This document shows positions 13,645 through 26,228 of a stretch of 63,968 nt of DNA, piece after piece. The notes beneath the pieces are model-generated. The model ran no database searches. It was not told the origin of the DNA and saw only the letters and a program-made list of their open reading frames with translations. How positions within the stretch are numbered: position 1 is the stretch's first letter; every line of letters begins with the position of its first letter. Source of the DNA: Rhynchobatus australiae (lineage: Eukaryota). Both the position numbers and the translations under genes were made by a program. The stretch is taken from assembly GCA_034780895.1 (NCBI GenBank), contig JAUZTB010000107.1, positions 22,665,683 to 22,729,650 of the forward strand, in the 5' to 3' direction.

Positions 13645-14230
13645 GATATAAGAGCAGGAATTGGCCGTTCACTCCCCTGAGTCTGTTTGCCCTTCACAAC
13701 TGATCTGTTTCGTAACTCCATTTGCTCCCTTTGTTCTTTAATATCTTTGCCTAACAAAAGTCTATCAATCTCACTTTTGTTATGTTCAATTGACCCAGCC
13801 TTAGATCCTTTGTGGATTGAATTCTCACTCCCTATCATATGAAGAATACTTGATACAACACTCTTGAATTGCCTTGTTTTAATTTTAAAGCCATGTCCTC
13901 CAGCTACATGATCCACCATCACAGGAAACAGTTTCCCTCTATTAACTATTGCATCCTTTAATTATCTTAAACAGCACAGTTGTATCACCCCTTATTCTTA
14001 AATTCAAGGGAATGCAAGCTTAGTCTACCCTCATAATTAACCTTTTAGCCTTGATGTAATTTGTTAAATTCACACCACAACTCCACTAAGGCCAACATAT
14101 CCTTGTAGAGACACAAAATTCTGGATGGGGTCTATTCAGAATTGTAACATGAACTCTACGCATTTGGAATCCAACATCTTTGAAATAAAGGCCAACAATT
14201 CATTATCCTTTTATTCCATCTTTTGTGTCT
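13645..14230 (-). mobile_element. CR1 3' fragment
   Basis: ataagagcaggaattggccgttcactcccctgagtctg..., antisense-similar to 49900-50545. Confidence 0.6.
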
Positions 14231-15197
14231 GTACATGAATAAATTATTGCTCAGTCATTAAGGTACTGGCTGCCCTTTCTTTCCAGAAGAGAAGGCACCA
14301 CCAGCACTATGTCTGCCAGAGGCAGTTAACTTCACCAAATGCAGAGGTGCAGGAGTCAGTTGAGTATATCCCGGACAGTCAAACCAATGTGGAATTTTCC
14401 TAGAGTCTCCCATGGCTTCCAAACAACTGGACTCAGGGGATTTTCACTGGAAATTTATAAGTGCAAAGAAAGGGAATAAGGAAGAAGAAAATGTATCAGC
14501 AGACAACTGAAACAAAGGCCTAACTATAAGAGGAACATTTAGAATGTAACAGAATGGACTTGTAAAGGATTTAACCTCACTCACCTGAACCTTTATGTGT
14601 CTTGAGAGACCCTCCTCCATGAAAGGTCCATCCTGATAGCTCCATTGCCTTCCACTTGCTCAAGGTTTCCNNNNNNNNNNNNNNNNNNNNNNNNNNNNNN
14701 NNNNNNNNNNNNNNNNNNNNNNNNNNNNNNNNNNNNNNNNNNNNNNNNNNNNNNNNNNNNNNNNNNNNNNNNNNNNNNNNNNNNNNNNNNNNNNNNNNNN
14801 NNNNNNNNNNNNNNNNNNNNNNNNNNNNNNNNNNNNNNNNNNNNNNNNNNNNNNNNNNNNNNNNNNNNNNNNNNNNNNNNNNNNNNNNNNNNNNNNNNNN
14901 NNNNNNNNNNNNNNNNNNNNNNNNNNNNNNNNNNNNNNNNNNNNNNNNNNNNNNNNNNNNNNNNNNNNNNNNNNNNNNNNNNNNNNNNNNNCTGGTGCTA
15001 ATTAATAGTGAAAGCTAATTCCAGGAAAAGGAAATCATGTAAATATTAGTTTAGCACCATTAACATTCATAATAGCATACAAGCATGAAAGACAGAGAAA
15101 TTTTTACCGGCATTCACAGAAAATAGTTGATGGTATACTGCATGGATCTTGATGAATGATGATAACTGTTTAACCTATTTACTTTGTCTTAATTTAG

Positions 15198-15243
15198 GTT
15201 TGCATGACCTGGATCACCCAGATTTATCACTGATGGAGGAATG
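15198..15243 (+). CDS. CACNA2D3: CACNA2D3 coding exon (46 nt)
   Basis: aatttag acceptor; (G)LHDLDHPDLSLMEE(W); GTAAGA donor; phase 1/2. Confidence 0.93.
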
Positions 15244-17985
15244 GTAAGAGATCCTGTGCTCTAAATTGCTATGGCAGGGTACATAGCATCTGCCAATAGT
15301 TAGGTGTGCACTTAAGTGTTTAAGTCCCTCAAAGTTTTATGTGACATGTTACTTAAAGTGCAAGCTGATAACATCACATTAAGGAAAAGAGGGCTTTGTA
15401 TCTCTGTAATCAATCACATTGAAGAATCATATCAAAATACTGCAGGGATTATTGTAGGTGAATTCAATGTCAAATCAGATATTGAGGTAGAACTAAGGGA
15501 AGGAAAAAAATAAAGAGATTGAATCCATACCTAAATGCTTTTAATGTGCATATTATGCATAAAAACAATTTTACGCAAGTTAGGTCTTGCAGATATCACC
15601 TACAATCATTTGCAGGTGAAATTGGCCCAAGAAATTTCATGCATTATTCATCTTAGGTGGTGTTTTTCTAGTGCCAGTCACATACCCCACAACCCCATTT
15701 AACACCAGCCATCCATCCTCTCCTCTACCTTCTGCATCAGGACCTGTCGTAACATTGTGTAAAGCTAGGACCTTTCCCTGCAGCCTCTTTCCTCCACAAC
15801 AACCATGCTATGTTTCACTGGTGTCTGTCTGCCTTGGGGAGTGTGTCTTCAAGGGCTGATGCTATAATGTCATTGGTCACCACAAAATGTCTGCAGCTGC
15901 ACTGAATCAAGTGTGATCCCCATCAGGAAATGCACAGGTTACATTTAAGCATTTGGTTTTGAATGAAAACCATTCTAACACCATTTTAAACGTCAGGAAT
16001 ATTTGCTATGGATCCAATTCTGCATTAGCATATCATGCAATAAATGTTTAGCACAGCAAAGAAGAGTGTAAGTAATTTTCTAGGCTTCTGTTTCTACATT
16101 ATCAATGGACTAGTTGGTGACTTTATGAATGAATTCAGTTGGGATAACAGTGAAGATGATTAACACTTACTACCAGAAAAGTATGTATTGATAATGGTCC
16201 TGATTATCAACATATGCATCTAGTCTGTTCGGTTGGTGGAGAAATAATATGCAGACTATCTGATGGTGCTTCTTGCTTTTGGCTGGGTTGCAGAAAGAAG
16301 TTGGAAAACAGAAAGTTGTAGTAGATGTCAAAACAAATGCTGATTTTGATTTGGGACCAAGATGTGAGAAATGTACTAAAAGCAGACTCCCAACATCTCA
16401 ACTGTTCAAAGAAAAATGGATTCATTGAAAATATTACAAGAAAGGACTGCGGTTATGCTTTATCTATACCATAGACCAACTGAACATTGAAGGAAGATTA
16501 AATAAATGCTTCATAGCTTTAGCCTGGGATATTATTGATCTAGTATTACAGATCTAAAACATACAATGATAATTGACATTATTTCTTGTGCAACACATCA
16601 GTAAAGAGGGATTAATTATTTTTCCAGTGACTCATCATCTCAGCCACCAGTCCTGTGAATGAATGACATCAGTTGATTATGACACTCACGTATCCCCAGA
16701 GCTTTCTTTGCACCTTTACCCTGGAAGAATAGAAATTGATTTCAGCACAGCACCTAGTAAAAGGNNNNNNNNNNNNATGAAGAGGCCAAGGAGTTGTGCA
16801 TCTTTTTAATCAATCAGTTTGAAGAATCCTTCTGTCAGTTAGAAAACTGAATGTCAAATCTGTGATGGAAACCAAAATAAAGAAGGAGAAGAAAAGATCA
16901 GAAAAAGGGAGAGGGGGAGGGAGAGGAAAGAAACAGAATGTGGAAGTTCACTTTTTTTACACTCTCTAATAATAATTCAAAGAAATGAAGCTACACAAGT
17001 GTATCCTTTAGTTTTCAGTGCTGGAGAAGTTGTTTGCAATGATTACAATCTATGCTGCAAACAATCTCTATGCAATGGAATAGACAAGATTGACATTTTC
17101 TGTTGATTGTCATATTTTTATTCATTTATGAGGTGTGAGCATATTGGCAAGGTTAGCAATTATTGCCCACTCCTATTGCCCCAAAGAGGGTGATGCTTTG
17201 AACAATTATGGTCAAGTATAGTACTATTCAACCCATAATTACTGCAACTCCACGTCCTTCCATGTATTTCAAAGCCCAATCCCTTGAAAACTACCAGCAC
17301 TATAAAATCTGTGTCTTAGTGCATGTTATCACAAATCAGTTGATGGGAAATATAAGTTTAATTGACAAAGTCCATTGGGCTTAAATGCATTAAAAAAATT
17401 CTGGCATGGAGTTGATACCAAGGGATGATTTTCCCTCTGCACTATACATGGGAATCTTCCCTTCTTGAGTGCAAAGCAATAAAAGGAGGATGCTAATTAG
17501 TGATAGCTTGCTCTGGGACCTATTTATCCCCTCAAGACTGGCCCACACTGATTTCCTAAAGCAAGATATTTTGTTGTGAACAGTGAAGAATGGCTTTTGT
17601 TCCTCATCTTGCAAACAGCTGTCCACAGACATTTAGTGGGCTAGTCCATCAGATATCTAGTTTCCTGTTATCTGAGTACAGCAACTTTTCCAGAAGATCT
17701 GTGACATCTGTGAGCTGAAAAGCCAGACTGAAGAAGCCTTATATTTTAGCAAAAAAAAGAACTAGTACAAAAACTTATGTGACACAGGAAGCAAAACAAA
17801 AAAAGACAGAGAAGCAAAACACACAAGCTTTATAATGTTTTTTAAAAAATCAACAGTACTTCCTCAGGGGAAAAAAACTCTATGCTTGTAAAATGAATTA
17901 TTCAGAGCCAGAGAGGTTACTCAGCAATAATTCTGATTTACCAGACTTAAAACTCACTGATTGCTAATTGAATAAGATAAGATAT

Positions 17986-18315
17986 TGTGGTGACTTACCT
18001 TCCACAAACTGGCTCCCATGATCGCGAGCGTCGTCGGAGGCCCCGACACAAGATGGCGCAGGGCACTTCCTCTTTGTTGGGCTAGTGGAGCCCGCACGCG
18101 GGAAGGTCACATGACCTGCGCGTGACGTCAGCGCGGGAACTGTGTTTATTAAAGGGGCAGCGCACCCCAGTCGTTCATTCNNNNNNNNNNNNNNNNNNNN
18201 NNNNNNNNNNNNNNNNNNNNNNNNNNNNNNNNNNNNNNNNNNNNNNNNNNNNNNNNNNNNNNNNNNNNNNNNNNNNNNNNTCTCGTGTCTTTATTCAGTG
18301 TAGCTAGCCGCTACA
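17986..18315 (+). mobile_element. Solo LTR (or gap-collapsed LTR element), Gypsy-like 4-bp TSD
   Basis: ATAT|TGTGGTGACT...AGCCGCTACA|ATAT: TG..CA ends, 7/10 imperfect terminal inverted repeat, exact 4-bp TSD. CpG-rich, with an internal 100-N gap. Orientation is tentative. Confidence 0.8.
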
Positions 18316-18719
18316 ATATCCTTATTAGTCACATGTACATTGAAACATACAGTGAGTCATTGACCTTTGGTGCAATAACAGGTGATAATTACCTTATGTT
18401 CATCATAACAGAGTAATCTGCAATAATGCAGCCTGTGGACGGACACATTCATTACTAACAGTAGCTTTCAGTTTTCCATTTTCACGTGTGTGGATACCAG
18501 ACACTGCTGTAAGTTTTACCCAAAAAAAGAGCAAATGTTAGCAGTTATTAATTCAGGGAAGTTTAGGTCATTCTAACCGAGGTCAAAGTAAAGTGGAGAA
18601 TATTCAGAACAAAGCACTGCTGACCTTTATTCTGAACAAGACAAAGCAAATTTGGATATACTATTCTAGATTAATCAAGACACTTGGAATTAACATGATG
18701 GATTTTCTTCTGATTTCAG

Positions 18720-18817
18720 GAACTATTGTAATATTGACATACATCCTCAGTATCGTAACCTCTTTCAGCTTGAAGCTGTCAAACTCTTCCTCACCGGGAA
18801 AGAGCCACTTCTACAAT
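18720..18817 (+). CDS. CACNA2D3: CACNA2D3 coding exon (98 nt)
   Basis: gatttcag acceptor; (W)NYCNIDIHPQYRNLFQLEAVKLFLTGKEPLLQ(C); GTAAGT donor; phase 2/1. Confidence 0.94.
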
Positions 18818-18918
18818 GTAAGTAAAACTTTGTAATGCCTTACAATTTTACTCTAGTATGGTGCATGACTATAAAGTGAAAAAGACAAAAAAGAAATGCT
18901 TTGATTTTGCATCCATAG

Positions 18919-19012
18919 GTGACAAAGAATTAATCCAGGAAGTACTTTTTGATGCTGTAGTGACAGCACCCCTGGAAGCTTACTGGACCAGCTTGGCTCT
19001 GAACAGATCTGA
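18919..19012 (+). CDS. CACNA2D3: CACNA2D3 coding exon (94 nt)
   Basis: atccatag acceptor after a 101-nt intron; (C)[30 protein letters not shown](E); GTAAGT donor; phase 1/2. Confidence 0.96.
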
Positions 19013-20443
19013 GTAAGTGTTTAACTAATGGGATTAGAATAGGTAGGACTTGATGGCTGTCATGGACATGATGGGCCAAAGGACTTGTTTCTGTGCTCTA
19101 TGACTCTGTCCTTTATGCACAGAAAAGAATAATCAGAATAAGAACCTCTCTTATTACATTAAGTTGTTCAATTATTGTATTAGCTATTATTTCAGATTTA
19201 TCCTACCTTCATCTCTATTATCATTGTCTTTTATTCCATGCCTCTAGTCTGGTGAGCACACAGTTGATGCTTTATTCATTTCTGATGATATTTCTAGTCC
19301 ACAGACCAAATGGTTGATTACTCCACCATGAACAGATCGGGAATGACACAACCTGTCCTGTACTGTTAGGTGGATAGTCCTAAATTATTGTGATAAATAT
19401 ACACATGAAAGATTAAAATATTCTGGTCTCTAAACTTAAAATTTAAAAAAAACCTGAAAGCATGAATTTTAAAAATGACTTCTATTAATCAACATTTCTT
19501 AACTTCCAACAAGGCTAGTGCTGTGAAATTGGACTGAACTCATTTTGGATGGACTAAATATGCGCTAAAGGAATGCCAAATGTTGTCTACAAAAAAAACC
19601 CTAGAGAATTAGGATATTCTTGCTTTATGTAAATGTTTGTGTGATTTACATGCTTTATTTACATGTTAAATCCCAGCCTGAGCATTTAGGCTAGCAGCAG
19701 TAATATAATTTATGCACTGACCCATTGGAGTTAAATTAGTTCACTAAAGAGATGTCTCCATTGGCAGTCTTAGGGGGTAGGAATTGGGCAGAGAGGAGGA
19801 AATAGAGTGGGAGAGGGGGTAATCAAGGGGATGGGAAATCATGAGGGGAGAATCAGGATGGGTGAAAGTTTTAACAGTGCGTGGAGCCCCTGGGCTATGG
19901 AGCTATGGGATAAGCAGTCATATTGGGCCAGGGCTTGCAGGGGTGGGGCAGCAGTGGGTTAATGGCAAGTGCCTCCATTAAGTTGGGAGGGCCGGAGCTG
20001 CAAATGAATCTGTGTGCCACAGGTGGAAGATGTTCTTATTATAATAACATTCAGAAGAAATAATCAGTGATTTATTAACAATAAAAGCAGTTTCCCTTTA
20101 AAATGCACAGGATTCACACCTTTCACTATTACAATTTGTTCTAATTACTCAGGTCATAAATTACAGACTTCTGATACAATTTTTTCCATTAAGTAATTAA
20201 AACAATTTGCACACATCGATGATGCCATTACATGTGCAAAATATCATGGGGAAATAACATTGGTATTAGGGTGAATTCCCGACGACTGGGATTTTAGCAG
20301 CCAGCAATACGAAACACACCCAAAATCACATCTTATGTGAGATTAACATTTTAAAAATGGCACAAATAGATTTTCTTTAAATCAATTTCTGGGTTTAGAA
20401 TTCAACATCCAGTTTTGTTAGGACTCTACAACCTTTCTGATAT

Positions 20444-20630
20444 TGGAGACTCAAGAGACTACAAATGCTGGAATCTGGAGCAACAAACAATCTACTGGAG
20501 GAACTCAGCAGGTCAAGCAGCAACTGTGTGTTGAGACCCTGCATTCTCGACTCAAAGAGTCAGCAATTCCTTTCCCTGCATGGATGCTGCTTGACTTGCG
20601 AAATTCCTCTAGCAGATTGTTTGTTGCTAC
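20444..20630. mobile_element. Fold-back non-autonomous element (Penelope-type ends, head to head)
   Basis: Inverted arms at about 20479-20522 (agcaacaaacaatctactggaggaactcagcaggtcaagcagca) and 20585-20628. Confidence 0.65.
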
Positions 20631-21301
20631 CTTTCTGGTATTTCTGGATAGCATGTAGCAAAACACAAAGTGTAAGGGGATTCTTTATTAACAAATGTTA
20701 TTGTTATATCATTTCCCATCTACAGAAAGATCTCTCAAAGCATCTTCTTTGGTTAAATGAAGTGAACAATGAACAACAGGAAAAAATAGTCCCTATAATA
20801 GTCAGCTAACCTTCGTGTAAAAATGCTGTTACATAAAGCCAAGATTGCTATTTAAGTACATGCTTTTTGCACAGAATCCCACATTCTATGATCCCCAGAG
20901 ATACTTTAATAATTATTCTGGCATTTATAATTATTCCCATGTCAAAATATAATAAGTGCATATTCAGGGGGTTAACATTTGTTCTTGGCCCCATGCGCTA
21001 AACATGTGACACAGCAGCATAAGTATGCTGAACTCCATTTCTAGAATTTGGTTCAGGACTTCATACTTTTTAGTTTACCTTCTTTCCTTTTTCCTTTATG
21101 TCTGTGATTTTGTTTCATGCTTCATCGTCTTTAATTTGAGTTTTTTCTTCTGTAATACTGCCAGCCTACCTATTCAGTACCGAAAAAGTGACAAAGTAAC
21201 ATTGTAGTTTTCCATACTTGCAACTGAGGTATGGATTCCATTTTGGGTGTGTTGATTGTTCTGTTCTATGTATGCATATTGTGTTGAAAATTTTCTTCCA
21301 G

Positions 21302-21397
21302 AAATGCTGACAAAGGAGTTGAAATTTCTTTCTTGGGAACTCGTACAGGCCTAAGTCGTGTCAATCTGTTTGTTGGACCAGAACAACGCATTGATCA
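21302..21397 (+). CDS. CACNA2D3: CACNA2D3 coding exon (96 nt)
   Basis: ttttcttccag acceptor; (E)NADKGVEISFLGTRTGLSRVNLFVGPEQRID(Q); GTAAGC donor; phase 2/2. Confidence 0.95.
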
Positions 21398-21647
21398 GTA
21401 AGCCTCATTGTCAATTAATATAGTATATTTAACAAGGAAAACATGTACCAGTTATTTTTACTATTTCTTATAAAGAATTAACCATAAAGCTCTGTAGTTT
21501 TTATAAAGCAAAGTAACTGATGATTTAATTTAAAAAGATCTATTGTTCAGTGGAAGTTTTATAACATATTCACAGTGATAATTGTGGTATCTTTATCCAG
21601 TGAAGGAACTTGCTTGTTTAAAAGCTCATAATTATAACCATGAATGA

Positions 21648-21749
21648 AATGAAAAATACTTACAGATGATTTCAGGATTAATTTCCAGGTTTTTATAACC
21701 ATGAAAACATGGAAACTAATTCTGAAATCATCTGTAAATATTTTTCATT
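21648..21749. repeat. Near-perfect inverted repeat, 46-bp arms, 10-nt loop
   Basis: 21648-21693 pairs with 21704-21749, 42/46 Watson-Crick. Confidence 0.9.
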
Positions 21750-22473
21750 GCAGTTTAATTGTACTTATCTTTGCTGGCTTTTCTCCAAATGTTATCATTT
21801 AAATATGCCAGCTTTCATCATGAAACTAAATGATTCAATCAGTAATAATGAAATGGTTCTGAAAATACTCCTGATTATCACAGGTACGGGTTATTAAATA
21901 CTTTATGAAAATAAAAATACAAATAAAAACCTGGTACATAATGGAGTTAGACACCTTGCAGTGAGTGGTCTAAGTTTTTCCTCTCCTTTTATCTCNNNNN
22001 NNNNNNNNNNNNNNNNNNNNNNNNNNNNNNNNNNNNNAACTCCCCAGATCATAATTTGAAAAATAAATCACATGTCCAAAGCAAACCCCCACAAAGAATC
22101 TTGAAGGCAAATACTTCTCAACTATCAATCTGACATTGCTTTTGCCCCAGCTTGCCAAGTCAGCACCCCGAATCAGTAAGCAAGACTGCTCCTTCTTTAA
22201 AGTGATAGGATATTTAACCTGAAACCTCAAATATAATGCAAGTTTTGGGTGGATAAAGACAAATGGAATTGCACTGGGGGAATGAAGGTGTGAGCCAGAT
22301 TAAAGTGGCAGTTTAATAATCTGAATGCTGAGAATAACAAGCAAGGCAGGAGCAATTGCCCTGCTGCCTATAAACTGACATCCTAAACATAACAAAGGAA
22401 ATATTTAAAGCAAATTTTTTAAAGATTGTTGATGTTTTTAAATGCACTTTGAATGTGAGAGGGGTACGTTTAA

Positions 22474-22605
22474 AGTCCTGTCACAGGGTCCAGACCCAAA
22501 ATGTCGACTATCCCTTTGCTTCTAGAGATGCTGCCTTACTGCTGAGTTACTCCAGCAGCTTGCTTTTTGCTCTAAATCCCAGCACCCGCAGTCTTTTGTG
22601 TCTCC
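22474..22605 (+). mobile_element. Penelope-type terminal repeat copy
   Basis: gtcctgtcacagggtccagacccaaaatgtcgac...gatgctgccttactgctgagttactccagca. Confidence 0.55.
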
Positions 22606-22629
22606 AAAGTTCGAAGGAGATTTGTAAGA

Positions 22630-22873
22630 CAAGTTTTTTTTTGCATAGAGAGTGGTAGATGCCTGGAATGCATGGCAGGGGAGATGGTAGAAGCAGATAT
22701 GATAGCAATGTTTAAGAAGCATTTAGACAGACAAATGAACAGGCAGGGAAAAGAGGGGAGTGGACCATGTGCAGGCAGGTGGGACTACTTTAGATTGGCA
22801 TCATGGTCAGCGCAGACATGATTGACTGAAGACCCTGTTTCTTGTGCTGCACTGTTGTATATTCTGTATTCTA
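22630..22873 (+). mobile_element. CR1 3' end
   Basis: agagagtggtagatgcctggaatg...tttaagaagcatttagacag...gaagaccctgtttcttgtgctg with a tattct-repeat tail. Confidence 0.7.
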
Positions 22874-24659
22874 GATGGTAGGATGTTGGATTCTGTAGGA
22901 TTGAGGCAAATTTTGTGTAGGGTAACATACAAATAAGTTTGATGTGCAGTCTGCTCCAGTATTTCTGTTGATGAAGCTGTTGTGAACAATGCCACGTGGA
23001 GCCAGTGATAACACTCCGTATTCTCTTTTTACTGCTGGTAGGTCCCTGTTCCACATTCAAACACTCCAAAGGGTAATTCAGCTATGATTTAAGGTGCAGG
23101 GTAGACAAGTAATTGATCCCACATTTACCACACTGCCGTTGTACACCTGAGCTTGAACTGCAGTGGATCATGGACAGTGGCAACCTTGCAGATTGCAAAG
23201 GATTGCAATGGAGATATAATGATTCAATCCTAAATGAATCCTACCTAAAGTACCTTAGAGGAAACATCCAGCACATTAATATTATACTGTAGCTTTCAAG
23301 AACTGCAGGTACATCCTTACACCAAATCACAGAACANNNNNNNNNNNNNNNNNNNNNNNNNNNNNNNNNNNNNNNNNNNNNNNNNNNNNNNNNNNNNNNN
23401 NNNNNNNNNNNNNNNNNNNNNNNNNNNNNNNNNNNNNNNNNNNNNNNNNNNNNNNNNNNNNNNNNNNNNNNNNNNNNNNNNNNNNNNNNNNNNNNNNNNN
23501 NNNNNNNNNNNNNNNNNNNNNNNNNNNNNNNNNNNNNNNNNNNNNNNNNNNNNNNNNNNNNNNNNNNNNNNNNNNNNNNNNNNNNNNNNNNNNNNNNNNN
23601 NNNNNNNNNNNNNNNNNNNNNNNNNNNNNNNNNNNNNNNNNNNNNNNNNNNNNNNNNNNNNNNNNNNNNNNNNNNNNNNNNNNNNNNNNNNNNNNNNNNN
23701 NNNNNNNNNNNNNNNNNNNNNNNNNNNNNNNNNNNNNNNNNNNNNNNNNNNNNNNNNNNNNNNNNNNNNNNNNNNNNNNNNNNNNNNNNNNNNNNNNNNN
23801 NNNNNNNNNNNNNNNNNNNNNNNNNNNNNNNNNNNNNNNNNNNNNNNNNNNNNNNNNNNNNNNNNNNNNNNNNNNNNNNNNNNNNNNNNNNNNNNNNNNN
23901 NNNNNNNNNNNNNNNNNNNNNNNNNNNNNNNNNNNNNNNNNAAGGAAACACATGAAAAACTGAGTTCCTGTAAACTTTATGTTTTAATTGGCATTTAATC
24001 TGTGGGAAAACTCATACTACAATGGACCCAGTATCTGTTGAAATTCACAATACATATTCAGTGCAATTTTTGTTTACATTCATGTGCTAAGATAGGTCAT
24101 TTCAAGATTTGTAACTGATTAAGTTAGGAAATGAATGATAGACATACAGTGGCACATTCATTCCTTGTGCTTCAAAGGTTAAGCTTGAGGGTCATCTGAA
24201 ACCAGGTTTTAACCAAATTGTTGTTGAAGAGGTTTTGAGTTACAAGACCACTGTGTCAGCAGTGATCTTGAAGTAAATTATTAAAGGGAAATCAATCAGA
24301 AGGGGACATGAGAATGGAAGATTGATTTTGATGGGGGTAGGAAGGGATGGATGGTAGCTCAATTGGACGTTGAAGAGAGGTGATGAAAAGGAGAGTGCTT
24401 TTATTGCAGTCAAATTTTCATGGGCATCTTAAACAGTCATTTGGCTCCATATTTGCACAAGCAAAGGGAATAACATCCATTTTAAATGTTGGCCCTAGAT
24501 GCCTTTTTTGACCTTGATTTACATGGTGGAGAGCATAATTCCAATTCAATTAGTGTGCATTGTATCCTGCTACACGGGGTGATTTACTACATAGGCAAAT
24601 GTAGTCCTTCCACCACTGATGTGGACATTGCAATTAAGGTTCTCTTACTGACAGGAACA

Positions 24660-25075
24660 CTTAATCTGCAATGATATTCTTGTTTATCAATGAGGAGTTG
24701 CGGTACTGTTGAGGGCTGCCCCAATATTAAATTGAAACTCATTCATCTCTTACATGTAAGTAAAATATAACATTCCATAGGTGCAAGAACATTGATGTTG
24801 CCCAATGCTTACCTTTCACTCTGGGAGTAGTGCTTCCTTTGCATGGTTCCCATTCAGAGCTCTGACTATAGAAACATTCAGTGTCATCCCAGGAGCAATG
24901 GAGTACTAATGTACCCCTGAGTCACCCAGTATCACTGACATTCAAACCCTCTTCAATAACAATGTGGTGAGTAATCAATTTTAGATGCTTCTCAATTTTA
25001 CCCCTTGATTATCCAGTCTCTTTTTGTGCAGACATTGGCTCCCTAGTTTCCCTGCATAACAGTACTTCCGTAATA
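24660..25075 (+). mobile_element. Possible ancient DeuSINE-like remnant
   Basis: gaggagttgcggtactgttgagggctgcc and tgtgcagacattggctccctagtttccctgcataacag resemble the recalled Deu-domain and 3' part; very decayed. Confidence 0.3.
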
Positions 25076-25087
25076 ATAACATTTTTT

Positions 25088-25310
25088 AAAAATGCAGATG
25101 CTGGAAATCTGAAACAAAACAAGAAAAGAATAATCAGCAGGTGAGGCAGCACCTGTAGAAAGAGTTAACATTTCAGGTCCAGAACCCCTGATCAGAAATG
25201 GGGAAGAGACAAAACAAGTTAGTGGTCAGTAACAGAGAAGATGGGGGCAGGGATGGTTAGAACAAAGGGAACATATCTGATAGGGTGAGACTAAGTGAGT
25301 AAATGTAACT
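25088..25310 (-). mobile_element. Penelope-type 3'/terminal repeat copy
   Basis: Antisense-similar to 38790-38980; minus strand CTGATCAggggttctggacctGAAAtgttaac. Confidence 0.55.
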
Positions 25311-26228
25311 GTAGCAGTGGTAGTTAGGATCAGGTTATGCTTCTTAATCTGTGTAATATGCTGATAATAGCAAGGCTGTAGGACATGCCAAGCAGGCAGG
25401 ACGAAAGAAAAACTGAACCAAGACGATGACACACAGAAATGGCCAGTTCAATATTGGTTCAATGGTATTTACACCTTTAATCAAAACCAAGGTCACTGCA
25501 ACGTTTTGGTGCAATTAAAAAGGAGAATACAACTTTAAATCACACCCTCTGTGGATTCTAGATTGACTTTTTGTAAATAAATAAGAAACTGTTTAAAGAT
25601 TATAAAAAAAATTAGCAGAGTTCAGGGTAACTCTACTGAATTCTCTTTTGTTTAGTCTCAAACTGATATGTTTAAAATTGCCATTAGAAATGAGTTGCCA
25701 AGTGACATAGGCTGACTGTTAGTTGTAGGACCCATTGCTTTGGGAGCTGACATTCCTGCCTTATTGCGTCATTGATAGCAATGACACCTTTGTCTGATAG
25801 TGACATGCCTGAACAAATTATCATCATCGCTAGGACCAGGTGGTGTGAATAAAATTATTGGTACTTAATATTTTTGATGTAGATTTAAAATTACTGTTAC
25901 ACGTGGAGAAATTTAGTCCTAACATTGAAATTTACAAGTTGAGAGAGACAAGTAGTAATACTAGTGCCTTCTTGACTGACTTTCTTATCTATTCTAAAAT
26001 TAGAAGGTTTGAGGTATTACATTAAATAACTCTTAATGTCAAATTAGGACCTTTATTCATAATTAGGTACTTTTTATATCTTTAAGTAGCATTATATTAT
26101 TCTTTCAATTGATTTCCTAACATCCAATCAAATTTTTTCTTGAAATTTCTTCCTTAAGGTATTCACAGAATCACAGAAAGTTTACACTTGTCCATATATA
26201 AAATGATGCAGATTGTGCTGAATGCTCA

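Noticed and set aside
14645-15018. Long X-rich ORFs (also 23241-23953 and 27443-27766)
   Set aside because: Open only because N runs contain no stop codons
18010-18180. CpG island promoter of an unannotated gene
   Set aside because: Bounded by TG..CA and a TSD, so better explained as an LTR
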